From NCBI GenBank assembly GCA_038106605.1, contig JAYOEF010000005.1, positions 1 through 58,650 of the forward strand: a stretch of 58,650 bases of DNA, in the 5' to 3' direction. Within the stretch, counting starts at the first letter, position 1, and each line of letters begins with the position of its first letter. The position numbers and the translations under genes were made by a program. The notes beneath the pieces were generated by a model. That model did not search any database and was not told where the DNA came from. It saw nothing but the letters and a program-made list of their open reading frames with translations. Source of the stretch: Alphaproteobacteria bacterium. GTDB lineage: Bacteria; Pseudomonadota; Alphaproteobacteria; MPNO01; UBA830. Positions 37,346-46,535 of this stretch are shown piece after piece.

Positions 37346-40147
37346 ATGCACGGGAGGGAATCAAACAGGCCGGACTCGCCGAGTCGCGAGGACCTGATCG
37401 CCGAAGTGAGCGAGCTTCGCGGGCGCGTCGCAAGTCTCGAAGGCGGCGAAAATGCTGCTTCGTCGTTCGAGGTTCTGCGCCGGGCGCTCGACAACGTTCC
37501 CGCGCTGGTCTCCTTCGTCGATGCCGATCGCCGCTTTCGGATTGCGAACGGTATGTATGCGGAGTGGCTTGGCATCGCGCCCGAGGACGTGATCGGGGAG
37601 ACGACGCGCGAGGTCCTCGGGCAGGACGCGAACGATCGGCTTTCCGAGCACCTCAAGCGGGTGCTCGACGGCGACGCGGTGTCCTTCAGGAATGCGCTGA
37701 CCTTCAAGGACGGAACGCATCACGACATGAACGTGAAGCTCGTTCCGTATTTCGACGGAGAGGGAACCTATCGCGGGTATTTCGCCCTCGTTCTCGACAT
37801 CACCGAGGAAGTCGCCGCGCAGCGGGCTCTGGAGGACAGCGAGGCGCGCTTCCGCAGCCTGCTCGAGTTCAATCCGGATGCGGTCTATGTCCACTCCGGT
37901 CTGCAGATCAGATACATGAATCCCGCCGCGTCGCGGATGTTCGGCGCGGCGTACCCGGGCGAGTTCGTCGGCCGCTCGATCCTCGATTTCGTCGAGCCGT
38001 CGGAGCATGACGCGGTCCGCCAACGCTATGAGGGTATTCTTCAAAGCGTGCCGCAACCGACACGCGAATTTCAGATGCGGAGGCTCGACGGCAGGCGTTT
38101 CGATCTGCGTGCATCGATCGAGCCCGTCGTCTGGGAAGGGCAGCGCGCGGTTCTGGCGGTCGCGCAGGACATCACCGGTCAGAAGCGGATCGAGCGGGAA
38201 CTCGAAGGGGCGCACGTCTCGGCCGAAGTGGCGCGGAACCGCCTGATCGATGCCGTCGAAAACATCCCCGAAGCGTTTGCGATCTTCACCGCGGACGAGA
38301 AGATCGAGTTCTTCAATTCGAACTATGTCGAGAAGATCTGGCCGCAGGCGCGCGACCTTCTCGTTCCGGGCGCCTCGCTCGAAGACGTCGTGCGGGAAGC
38401 GGCGCGGCGTGCGCTCGATCCCGACGGAGACGGCACGTCACCCGCAGTAGAGCAGTTCGTCTCCGACGCGCTTCACCGCCATCGTTCAGCGCCCTCGACG
38501 ACGGAGCTCCGCCGCTCCGACGGGCGCTGGCTGCGCATTGCGAAGCGGCGGACGCCGGACGGGCGGATCGTCGGGGTCTATGCCGACATTACGGATTCGA
38601 AACGGCGGGAGGTCGATCTCGCGGAAAGCGAAGAACGTTACCGGCGCGTCGTCGAGGATTCGCCGGATGCGATCCTCGTCAGCTGCGCAGGCGCGATCGT
38701 CTATGCGAACGAAGCGGCGGTGCGTCTGTTCGGGGCCCGCTCGAAGTCCGATCTCGTCGGCAGGGAGGCAGCGGACCTCCGCGCGCCGGGCGAGGAGGAT
38801 CTGCCGGAAATCCGGACCGAACGGCTGCGCTCGCCGCGCGCGTCGAGCCGGGGATACCAGAAGCGGCGCCGTCTCGACGGGACCCTGGTCGACGTCGACG
38901 TCTCGGCCGTCCGCATCCTGTGGTACGGCCGCGAGGCGGTGCTCACGACGATGCGCGACGTCAGCGCGCGTATCCGTGCGCAGACCGCGCTCGAGGAAGC
39001 CGAGCGACGTCTTTCCGTCGCCGCGCGGAATTTCCCTGGCGCGATCTATCAGCGTCTGCTCCGCCCGGACGGGACGATCACTTTCCCCTACGTGAGCAGC
39101 GGCATCGTCGACATCCTCGGGCTCGAAGCGGACGAGATCGTCTCGAACGCGCGTCTGATCATGGATCTCGTCGAGAAGGAACGGCGCGCGCCCCTGCGCG
39201 AGGCGATCGAGGACTCGGCACGGCGCATGACGCCGTTCGCGATGGAGATCCCGATGTCGTCCCGGAAGGGCGGAACGGTTTGGCTCCGGAGCGTCGCGCG
39301 CCCGCGTGCGCTCGAGGACGGCTCGATCATCTGGGACGGCGTGTGGCTCGATATCACCGAACGCAATCTCGCGCGCCAGGCGCTTCAGGCGGCGAAGGAC
39401 GAGGCGGAAGCGGCGAATGCCGCGAAATCGAGTTTCCTCGCGAATGTGAGCCACGAACTGCGTACGCCGCTCAATGCGGTCATCGGCTACGCGGAAGTGA
39501 TCCGCGACCGGATACTCGGGGACGATGCGGACGATCGCTACCGGCAGTACGCCGCCGACATCCATGCGAGCGGAATGCACCTTCTGTCGCTGATCAACGA
39601 CATCCTCGACCTGTCCAAGATCGAAGCCGGAAAACAGATTCTCGACGAGGCGGACGTTCCGATCGAGCGTCTCCTCGAGGAAACGCTTCGCATCGCGAGC
39701 CCCGCGGTACTGCGGAGCGACGCGCATCTCCGCGTCGAGGTGGCGCCCGACGTGCCGCTGCTCCGCGTCGACGAGCTGAAGTTCCGTCAGGTGCTGATCA
39801 ATCTCCTGTCGAACGCCTACAAATTCTCGCCGCCCGGCGGCGACGTCGTCCTGTCGGTCTCGGTGCTGCCCGATCGCTCCATAAGGTTCGCGATCCGCGA
39901 CCATGGGCCGGGGATCGCGGCGGCCGATATCGAGAAGGTCCTCGTGCCGTTCGGTCAGGTGCCGCACGAGCGCCGGGGCGGGCGGACCGGAACCGGCCTC
40001 GGCCTGCCGCTCAGCAAGGCGCTCGTCGAGGTCCACGGCGGGACCTTCGCGATCGAGAGCGAAGTGGGCGCGGGGACGGAAGTTGTCATCGTCCTGCCCG
40101 AGACCCGCGGCGTCTGGCAGGAATCTTTCGCCTTCGGCAACGGCTGA
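37346..40147 (+). CDS. Cytoplasmic multi-PAS sensor histidine kinase (PleC/DivJ-like)
   Basis: About five PAS/PAC units ending in DIT/DVS; SHELRTPLNAVIG H-box, NLLSNA.KF, D.G.G, GTGLGL; no TM segment. Confidence 0.92.
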   Translation: MHGRESNRPDSPSREDLIAEVSELRGRVASLEGGENAASSFEVLRRALDNVPALVSFVDADRRFRIANGMYAEWLGIAPEDVIGETTREVLGQDANDRLSEHLKRVLDGDAVSFRNALTFKDGTHHDMNVKLVPYFDGEGTYRGYFALVLDITEEVAAQRALEDSEARFRSLLEFNPDAVYVHSGLQIRYMNPAASRMFGAAYPGEFVGRSILDFVEPSEHDAVRQRYEGILQSVPQPTREFQMRRLDGRRFDLRASIEPVVWEGQRAVLAVAQDITGQKRIERELEGAHVSAEVARNRLIDAVENIPEAFAIFTADEKIEFFNSNYVEKIWPQARDLLVPGASLEDVVREAARRALDPDGDGTSPAVEQFVSDALHRHRSAPSTTELRRSDGRWLRIAKRRTPDGRIVGVYADITDSKRREVDLAESEERYRRVVEDSPDAILVSCAGAIVYANEAAVRLFGARSKSDLVGREAADLRAPGEEDLPEIRTERLRSPRASSRGYQKRRRLDGTLVDVDVSAVRILWYGREAVLTTMRDVSARIRAQTALEEAERRLSVAARNFPGAIYQRLLRPDGTITFPYVSSGIVDILGLEADEIVSNARLIMDLVEKERRAPLREAIEDSARRMTPFAMEIPMSSRKGGTVWLRSVARPRALEDGSIIWDGVWLDITERNLARQALQAAKDEAEAANAAKSSFLANVSHELRTPLNAVIGYAEVIRDRILGDDADDRYRQYAADIHASGMHLLSLINDILDLSKIEAGKQILDEADVPIERLLEETLRIASPAVLRSDAHLRVEVAPDVPLLRVDELKFRQVLINLLSNAYKFSPPGGDVVLSVSVLPDRSIRFAIRDHGPGIAAADIEKVLVPFGQVPHERRGGRTGTGLGLPLSKALVEVHGGTFAIESEVGAGTEVVIVLPETRGVWQESFAFGNG

Positions 40148-40218
40148 GACCCGCGCTAGGATGGGCGGCCGGCGCGCCGTCGGTGCATTCGTTCGAACGA
40201 CAGGAGAAGAAGGGCCAC

Positions 40219-40905
40219 ATGCCGCGCGATTTCGAAGACCATTGCTGGAAGGACATCGTTCCCGCTGAGATTCTGAAGATCTACGAGCCCTACCGGCGCG
40301 AGGTCTTTGTCGGGCCGCGGCCGGCGCTTCTCGCGATCGATCTCTACAAACTCGTCTTCCGCGGCGGCGCGAAAGAGCCGCAGGACATCATCGCGGACTA
40401 TCCGAGTACCTGCGGACGCTATGCCTGGGAAGCGATCGAGCCGACGAAGCGGTTGTTCGCGGCGGCCCGAGCGGCGGGGCTGCCGATCCTCTACACCACC
40501 TCGCCGACATCCTCCGCAGTGGTCGCGACCAACCGCCAGAAGGGTTTGGGCAAGAGCGACGACGATTTCGAAATCTTCGAGGCCTTCAAGCCGCAGGACG
40601 GCGACATCGTGATCGTCAAGGAGCGCGCGAGCGCATTCTACGGCACGCCGATCGTCGCCCAGCTCAACCGGCTGGGCGTCTCCAGTCTGATCGTCTGCGG
40701 CGAAAGCACGTCGGGATGCGTGAGGGCGTCGGCGGTCGACGCCTATTCGGCGGGATACCACGTGACCGTGGCCGAGGAGGCGGTGTTCGACCGCTCGATC
40801 CTGTCGCACAAGGTCAACCTGTTCGACCTGCACCACAAGTACGCGGACGTGATGGGCGTCGACGAGATCGTCGCGCATCTCGAGCGGGTGCGGGCGGCGG
40901 CCTGA
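40219..40905 (+). CDS. Isochorismatase-family cysteine amidase (N-carbamoylsarcosine/maleamate amidase-like)
   Basis: PALLAID, K..ASAFYGT, GESTSGCVRASAVD, K.ADV. Confidence 0.88.
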   Translation: MPRDFEDHCWKDIVPAEILKIYEPYRREVFVGPRPALLAIDLYKLVFRGGAKEPQDIIADYPSTCGRYAWEAIEPTKRLFAAARAAGLPILYTTSPTSSAVVATNRQKGLGKSDDDFEIFEAFKPQDGDIVIVKERASAFYGTPIVAQLNRLGVSSLIVCGESTSGCVRASAVDAYSAGYHVTVAEEAVFDRSILSHKVNLFDLHHKYADVMGVDEIVAHLERVRAAA

Positions 40906-40925
40906 CGCGGCTGCGGCGAACGAAC

Positions 40926-40949
40926 GGCCCGGCGGATGCCGGGCCTTTT
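40926..40949 (+). terminator. Intrinsic terminator
   Basis: GGCCCGGC-ggat-GCCGGGCC-TTTT. Confidence 0.8.
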
Positions 40950-40951
40950 CG

Positions 40952-41329
40952 TCAGACCATCACGAAGACGATGAGGAACGTGCTCGCCACGGCGGCCAGC
41001 GCGCTGCCGAGATTGACGTTGCGATGGATGCGTTTCGCGCGTTCCTGGTGAAGATCGAGGATCCGCGAGGCGGCGCGAGCCGTGTCGAGCGCCTTGCGGC
41101 GGTCTTCGCGTTCGCGAAGCTCGGTCTCGAGCAGGGACAAGCGGCTCCGGATCACGTCGCGGAGCTCGGTGTGGGACATGCGCCGCAGCCGGTCGAACCC
41201 GACCGTCATTTCGCGCATCAACCTGTCTTCGTCGACCTGGTTCTCCGGTTGGTCGTCCTCGTTGTTGGCGATGAGGTCGAGCGGAAGGGGGGTCAGCCCC
41301 GGCATGTTTTCGGCAAGTGCGGCCTGCAT
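40952..41329 (-). CDS. Hypothetical coiled-coil protein with a C-terminal membrane anchor
   Basis: AGGAGA RBS; helical charged core; hydrophobic C-terminus ALAAVASTFLIVFVMV. Confidence 0.7.
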   Translation of the reverse strand: MQAALAENMPGLTPLPLDLIANNEDDQPENQVDEDRLMREMTVGFDRLRRMSHTELRDVIRSRLSLLETELREREDRRKALDTARAASRILDLHQERAKRIHRNVNLGSALAAVASTFLIVFVMV

Positions 41330-41363
41330 GGATCTCTCCTGCGTGAAGCGTTGGCAGAACCGC

Positions 41364-41477
41364 TGGAGGAATCGTGCCAGTTTGTAAGTTCAATAAAAAC
41401 AATTGGTTAGAAAAGAAGGGCCGTGCGATTTCTTCCTTCCCGGCAAACATCGCGCGGCCCTCCGGCAGAATCTGCCG
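41364..41477 (-). promoter_or_regulatory. Putative sigma54 promoter with IHF-like site and tandem FlbD(ftr)-like enhancers
   Basis: TGGCAC-GATTC-CTCCA (non-canonical -12); AT-rich AAACAATTGGTTA; CGGCAAACATCGCGC (41441) and perfect palindrome CGGCAGA-A-TCTGCCG (41463-41477), 22 bp apart. Confidence 0.45.
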
Positions 41478-41502
41478 CGCCGGACGGTCTTTCGCGATGC
41501 CT

Positions 41503-42306
41503 TCAGCGCCCGCGGAACGTGGGCGTGCGCTTGTCCAGCATCGCGGTGACCGCCTCGATATGATCGTCCGTGCTGTGGCAGATCGCCTGCAGCGCGGCGC
41601 AATTGTCGAGGAAATCGTAAAGGCCGGAACTGAGCGACTGGCGGAGCAGCGACTTCAGCATCCGCGCCGTCACCGGCGGGCGCGAGGCGATCTGCGTGGC
41701 GAGCTCCATCGCGCGCGGCATCAGTGCCTCGGGCTCTAGGCATTCGAGGGCGAGGCCGATCTCGGCGGCTTCCTTGCCCTCGACGATGCGGCCCGTGAAG
41801 ATCAGTTCTGCCGCTCGCTGGAGCCCGACCTTGCGCGGTACGATCCAGGCGCCGCCGTCGCCCGGGATGATCCCGATGTTGATGAAGGTCTCGCCGAACT
41901 TCGCCTTCGTCGAGGCGAGGACGATGTCGCAGTAGAGCGCGAGGTCGCAGCCGGCGCCGACAGCGGGGCCCTGGACCGCGGAGATCGACGGGATGTCGAG
42001 CGTGTAGAGCGCTTTCGGCACCTTCTGGATGCCTTCGATATAGCCGCGCCGCGTACCCGCGGGCCCGCCGCCGAAGATGCCTTTCCGGTCCTTCATGTCC
42101 TTGACGTTGCCGCCTGCGGAGAAGGCCGAGCCTTCCGCCGACAGCACGAGGACGCGGGCTTCGTCGCTGAGCTGCGCCTGGCCGATGGCATCGACGATCT
42201 CGTCGGTGAAGTCCTGTTCCGAGAAGGCGTTTCTGATATCGTCGCGGGCGAGTACGAGATGGGCGATGCCGTTCTCGATGCCGAACTTGATGTTCTTGTA
42301 GTCCAT
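41503..42306 (-). CDS. Enoyl-CoA hydratase/isomerase (crotonase) family protein
   Basis: AFSAGG, GPAVGAGCDLA, FGETF..GIIPGDGG. Confidence 0.92.
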   Translation of the reverse strand: MDYKNIKFGIENGIAHLVLARDDIRNAFSEQDFTDEIVDAIGQAQLSDEARVLVLSAEGSAFSAGGNVKDMKDRKGIFGGGPAGTRRGYIEGIQKVPKALYTLDIPSISAVQGPAVGAGCDLALYCDIVLASTKAKFGETFINIGIIPGDGGAWIVPRKVGLQRAAELIFTGRIVEGKEAAEIGLALECLEPEALMPRAMELATQIASRPPVTARMLKSLLRQSLSSGLYDFLDNCAALQAICHSTDDHIEAVTAMLDKRTPTFRGR

Positions 42307-42420
42307 GTCCCGATGTCCCTGTGCCGGTGTGACGCCGTATGAGACCCGCCGGATAGGCGCGGGGCCCGGAAGTGTCAAGGCGGTGCGAGTCACGGCGAGG
42401 AAAAGGATCAGGGCACGACG

Positions 42421-43908
42421 ATGACCGATGGCTCGCGCCATGAACTGTTGAGCGTCGCCGAAATGTATGCGGCCGACCGCGGCGCGATCGCCCGCGGGAT
42501 TTCGGGCGTACGGCTGATGGAAGCCGCCGGGCAGGCGATCGCGAACGAGATCCTGAGGCGCTGGGCGAGCCGGCCGGTCGCGATCCTGTGCGGCCCCGGC
42601 AACAATGGCGGCGACGGCTTCGTCGTCGCGCGCCTGCTCCGCGATGCCGGCTGGCCGGTGACCGTCGCGCTGCTCGGCGAACGGGATGCGCTCGCGGGCG
42701 ATGCGAAGATCAATGCCGGGCGCTGGCAGGGCGAGGTGCGTCCGCTCTCGCCGGACGTTCTCGACGGGGCGGAGCTCGCCGTCGATGCGCTGTTCGGCGC
42801 CGGGCTCGCGCGCCCGCTCGACGGGGTCGCGCTCGCGGCCGTCCGCCGCTTGGCTTCGCTCGGCATTCCCTGCGTCGCGGTCGACGTGCCTAGCGGGGTC
42901 CATGGCGACACGGGCCTCGTCCTCGGCGAGGCCGCGGATGCCGATCTCACGGTCACCTTTTTCCGGCGCAAACCCGGTCACCTGCTGCTTCCGGGCCGCG
43001 TGCGGGCGGGGCAGGTGGTCGTCGCCGACATCGGCATTCCGGAGTCCGTTCTGGAGGAGATCGCGCCGCGGACCTGGGCGAACGGCCCGGCGCTTTGGGG
43101 CGGCTTGTTTCCATGGCCGCGGCTCGCCGATCACAAGTACACGCGCGGCCACGCGCTGATCGCCGGCGGAAACGCGATGACCGGTGCCGGGCGCCTCGCC
43201 GCGCGCGCGGCACGGCGGGTGGGGGCGGGACTCCTGACCGTCGCGGCAGGCCCCGCCGCTGTCGGCGTCTATGCGGCCGATGCGCCGGGCGTTCTGACCC
43301 AGCCGTTCACCACCGCCGACGAGTTCGCGGGCATCCTCGACGACCCGCGCTTCAACGCCGCCCTCATCGGGCCCGGCAACGGCGTCAACCGCACCACCCA
43401 CGATATCGCGCTTGCCGTGGCCCGGCACGGCCGCCGGCTGGTGCTCGACGCGGACGGCCTCACGGTCTTCGGCGACGCGCCCGCCGAGCTCTTCGAGGCG
43501 ATCCGCGGCGTCGAATGCGTGCTGACACCGCATGAAGGCGAGTTCTCGCGCCTGTTCCGCATGACCGGCGACAAGCTCACGCGGGCGCGGAAGGCGGCGG
43601 AGATGTCTGGTGCCGTCGTGCTGCTCAAGGGCGCCGATACCGTGATCGCCCATCCCGACGGCCGCGCTGCGATCAACGAGAACGCGCCGCCGGCGCTCGC
43701 CACCGCCGGTGCAGGCGATGTCCTCGCCGGTCTCATCGCCGGGCTTCTCGCCCAGGGCATGCCGTCGTTCGAGGCGGCATGCGCCGGATGCTGGCTTCAC
43801 GGCGATGCGGCATCCGCGTTCGGGCCGGGGCTGATCGCCGAGGACATCTGCGAGGGAATTCCCGACGCGCTCCGCCGTCTTGCCGACCGGCTGCCGGGTT
43901 CCGGGTAG
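42421..43908 (+). CDS. nnr: Bifunctional NAD(P)H-hydrate epimerase/dehydratase (YjeF)
   Basis: LMEAAG, GPGNNGGDG, DALFGAG, DVPSG, HKY.RG, TPHEGE, LKG, AGAGDVL. Confidence 0.93.
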   Translation: MTDGSRHELLSVAEMYAADRGAIARGISGVRLMEAAGQAIANEILRRWASRPVAILCGPGNNGGDGFVVARLLRDAGWPVTVALLGERDALAGDAKINAGRWQGEVRPLSPDVLDGAELAVDALFGAGLARPLDGVALAAVRRLASLGIPCVAVDVPSGVHGDTGLVLGEAADADLTVTFFRRKPGHLLLPGRVRAGQVVVADIGIPESVLEEIAPRTWANGPALWGGLFPWPRLADHKYTRGHALIAGGNAMTGAGRLAARAARRVGAGLLTVAAGPAAVGVYAADAPGVLTQPFTTADEFAGILDDPRFNAALIGPGNGVNRTTHDIALAVARHGRRLVLDADGLTVFGDAPAELFEAIRGVECVLTPHEGEFSRLFRMTGDKLTRARKAAEMSGAVVLLKGADTVIAHPDGRAAINENAPPALATAGAGDVLAGLIAGLLAQGMPSFEAACAGCWLHGDAASAFGPGLIAEDICEGIPDALRRLADRLPGSG

Positions 43909-43990
43909 CGGAACGGGGCGGGAGTACGGCGCGCCGGCATGTGCCGCAAACCCGCATAACCTATGAATTCCAGCGGGTTATGGACATTTC

Positions 43991-44006
43991 GTTAACGCTT
44001 CTTTAA
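43991..44006. promoter_or_regulatory. CtrA binding site
   Basis: Minus strand TTAA-AGAAGCG-TTAAC, a full TTAA-N7-TTAAC; extra GGTTAA half-site about 10 bp downstream. Confidence 0.65.
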
Positions 44007-44049
44007 GAAACGAATGGTTAATTCGAAGCTGGGCCGGAGATGGTCTGAT

Positions 44050-44373
44050 ATGTCGTCGGAGAAAACTGAAGTCATGGGCTGGCTCAAGAACAGCTCTGGA
44101 CGTCCGCTCAGCAGCTTCTTCTTCAAGCGCGGGAGCCCGCTGGAGTACGTCCGGCCCGGTTCGACCTTCCGCAAGGTGCATCACGATGCGATGGTCGAGA
44201 CCGCTCAGGTTCTCTCCGTCGGTACCGACGCCTACGGCATTCCCCACGTCCGCTTCCAGGTGAGCTTCCTCCGCCCCAACCTCAACCGGTTCGACGGCGG
44301 CGCGCGGATGCTGGCTCTCAAGTCCTTCGCCGACCAGTACCGCGAGCGCGTTCCCGCGATCGATGCCGCCTGA
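44050..44373 (+). CDS. Hypothetical protein
   Basis: GC3-rich codons, GGAG RBS, GIPHVRF segment; start may be 44074. Confidence 0.7.
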   Translation: MSSEKTEVMGWLKNSSGRPLSSFFFKRGSPLEYVRPGSTFRKVHHDAMVETAQVLSVGTDAYGIPHVRFQVSFLRPNLNRFDGGARMLALKSFADQYRERVPAIDAA

Positions 44374-44501
44374 TCTTTCGGTTCCCGCAAAATCGGTTTG
44401 CTGACCCGCGCCGTCGTCCGATGCGCGTGTTCTTTCATTATGTTGCACAGATAACAATCGTCCCCTAGTCTGCGGATACCAGATCGAGGGGGACAACGGT
44501 T

Positions 44502-45920
44502 TTGGTATCGTACCGTCGCGCCATTGTGGCTGCGGCGGCCGTCGTTGCGTGTGTACTGACGACTGCGCGTGATGTTTCGGCCGATCCGGTCTTCGCGGAT
44601 ACATTCGCTTCTACGCCGTTCGGAGCCATCGTCGACGGCATGGCCGGCAACAGCTGGGCCAGGCTCAACACCAACAGCTTCTCCGATGTCTGGGTCGATC
44701 CCGCGGACGAGGCCGCCGGCGGCTTCGGCAACCCGGAGCGCGTGATCCTCGCCTGGAGTTCCATGGCGTGGGACAGCAACCGGGGCGACCTGATCTTCTA
44801 CGGCGGCGGCCACGCGAATTACGGCGGCAACGAGGTCTACCGCTGGAGCGCGAACACGCTCGAATGGGAACGCGGCTCGATGCCCACCGAGGTGACGCTC
44901 GTCGATCCGTCGATCTCCCGATACGACACGCTCGACGGCGCGTTCAATTCCCCGGTCGCGGCGCACACTTACGACAACAACGAGTTTCTGCCGATCGTCG
45001 ACCGCTTCGTCACGCTCGGCGGCGCCGCGTTCAATACCGGCGGAAAATACCTGGTCGAGGAGCCAGGCGGGGCGCTCCGGGCGACGGGCCCCTATTTCTG
45101 GGATCCCTCCAAGGCGGATGCCGACAAGGTCGGCGGGCTCACGGGCTCGGCGGTGAACCCCGCCGTCGTGGGCGGCGAGATGTGGCAGAACCGCGACAAT
45201 CTCGAAGACATCAACATGCTGCTCGTCAACGGCACGACCGCCTATGCGAGCGAGAACGGCAAGGACGTGCTCTATATCGGCGGGCGCGACCTCTGGAAAT
45301 ATACGGTCAACGACATCGACGACCCGTCGCAGGATACCTACGAGAAGGTTGGAACCTACTGGAACGCCTTCGACGGCGCGGGGGCAGGGGCCTTCGACCC
45401 GGTCCTCAACGCATATGTCCGCACCGCGAACGGCTCGTTTCTCTACTGGGACCTCGACACGGCGGGCGCCGGAAACAGGAACGTCCTGTTCACCCCGGAG
45501 GACCCGACGGGAGAGTTCGCGCTCTCGGCGCTCTACGGCATGGACTACGACGCGGTGCGCCACCGTTTCGTCCTGTGGGACGGGAACAACGACCTGTGGG
45601 AACTGCTGCCGCCGGAGATTCTCGGGCCGACCGGCTGGGTCGTCTCGCGCATAACGCCGACCGGTCTCGAACAGCCGGACGTCTCGGGCCTTCCGATCTT
45701 CACCGGCGTTTACGGGAAGTGGAAGTACCTGCCGGAACTCGATCTCTACGCGGGTGTCACCGACCCCGTATCGGGCGACATCTGGATCTACAAGCCCGAG
45801 GAATGGTCGCCGGGGCCGATCCCGCAGTTCGCCGTCGCGGCGCCGCCCATGGGCGCGATCCTGCTCGCCGTTCCGGCGCTTCTCCTGCTTCGCCGCCGCC
45901 GCGCAGCGGCTCGCTGCTGA
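44502..45920 (+). CDS. Secreted beta-propeller-like protein with a degenerate PEP-CTERM-like tail
   Basis: Signal peptide; GGGH..Y.GN, W/Y-D-rich repeats; C-terminal VAAPP + hydrophobic stretch + RRRR; GAGGGG RBS + TTG. Confidence 0.78.
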   Translation: MVSYRRAIVAAAAVVACVLTTARDVSADPVFADTFASTPFGAIVDGMAGNSWARLNTNSFSDVWVDPADEAAGGFGNPERVILAWSSMAWDSNRGDLIFYGGGHANYGGNEVYRWSANTLEWERGSMPTEVTLVDPSISRYDTLDGAFNSPVAAHTYDNNEFLPIVDRFVTLGGAAFNTGGKYLVEEPGGALRATGPYFWDPSKADADKVGGLTGSAVNPAVVGGEMWQNRDNLEDINMLLVNGTTAYASENGKDVLYIGGRDLWKYTVNDIDDPSQDTYEKVGTYWNAFDGAGAGAFDPVLNAYVRTANGSFLYWDLDTAGAGNRNVLFTPEDPTGEFALSALYGMDYDAVRHRFVLWDGNNDLWELLPPEILGPTGWVVSRITPTGLEQPDVSGLPIFTGVYGKWKYLPELDLYAGVTDPVSGDIWIYKPEEWSPGPIPQFAVAAPPMGAILLAVPALLLLRRRRAAARC

Positions 45921-45936
45921 TCTTTCCCGTTCTGCA

Positions 45937-45969
45937 AAAGGAAACGGCGGCCGGGTGACCGGCCGCCGT
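45937..45969. terminator. Intrinsic terminator between convergent genes
   Basis: ACGGCGGCCGG-gtga-CCGGCCGCCGT with a T-rich tail on the minus strand. Confidence 0.75.
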
Positions 45970-45994
45970 CTTCGTATCGTTCAGAGCGGAAGAG

Positions 45995-46510
45995 CTATTC
46001 CGCGGCGGTCGCGTGCGCCTTCCTTGCCCGGTGGGCCCGGCGCTTCTCCATCTTCTCGCGTTCCGCGGGATCGGCGGCGACCACGTCCTTGACCGAGCCG
46101 CCCCAGCCGAGATGCGTCGCGTCGATGATGACGCCATGCGGGTCGCGGAACTTCATCTCGTAGAACGTCGTCTCGTCGCTCTTGTCGGGATCGGGGCGGC
46201 CCTGGAAGTACTTGCCGCCGGCAGCCTCGATCTTCTTCTCGGTCTCGTCGATGTCGTCGACCCAGAAACCGATGTGATGGAGCCCGACATACTTTTTCCC
46301 GCGCTCGTCCTCGCCCTTGACGTAGCCGGCCCATTCGTCGGTCTTGTAGGCGAGCAGCGCCACGGTGATGACGCCGTCGGAGACGTAGCAGCCCTTGGCG
46401 AGCGGCGAGTCCGTCTCGCCCACGCGCTCCATGTCGAAGGCGTTGCAGTAGAACTCGGCGGCCTTGTCGGGGTCCGGAACCGAAAGGGCGATGTGTCGAA
46501 GTTTAGCCAT
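45995..46510 (-). CDS. VOC/glyoxalase-family protein
   Basis: LRHIA, SDG.I..ALL, GLHHIGF.V, E.KFRDP.G. Confidence 0.9.
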   Translation of the reverse strand: MAKLRHIALSVPDPDKAAEFYCNAFDMERVGETDSPLAKGCYVSDGVITVALLAYKTDEWAGYVKGEDERGKKYVGLHHIGFWVDDIDETEKKIEAAGGKYFQGRPDPDKSDETTFYEMKFRDPHGVIIDATHLGWGGSVKDVVAADPAEREKMEKRRAHRARKAHATAAE

Positions 46511-46535
46511 TGTATCCTCTCCTTATCGTCCCGCG

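Noticed and set aside
38920-43800. Apparent long fusion ORFs 38920-40905 (+) and 41503-43800 (-)
   Set aside because: Only the C-terminal parts (isochorismatase, crotonase) carry motifs; the upstream parts overlap the kinase and nnr
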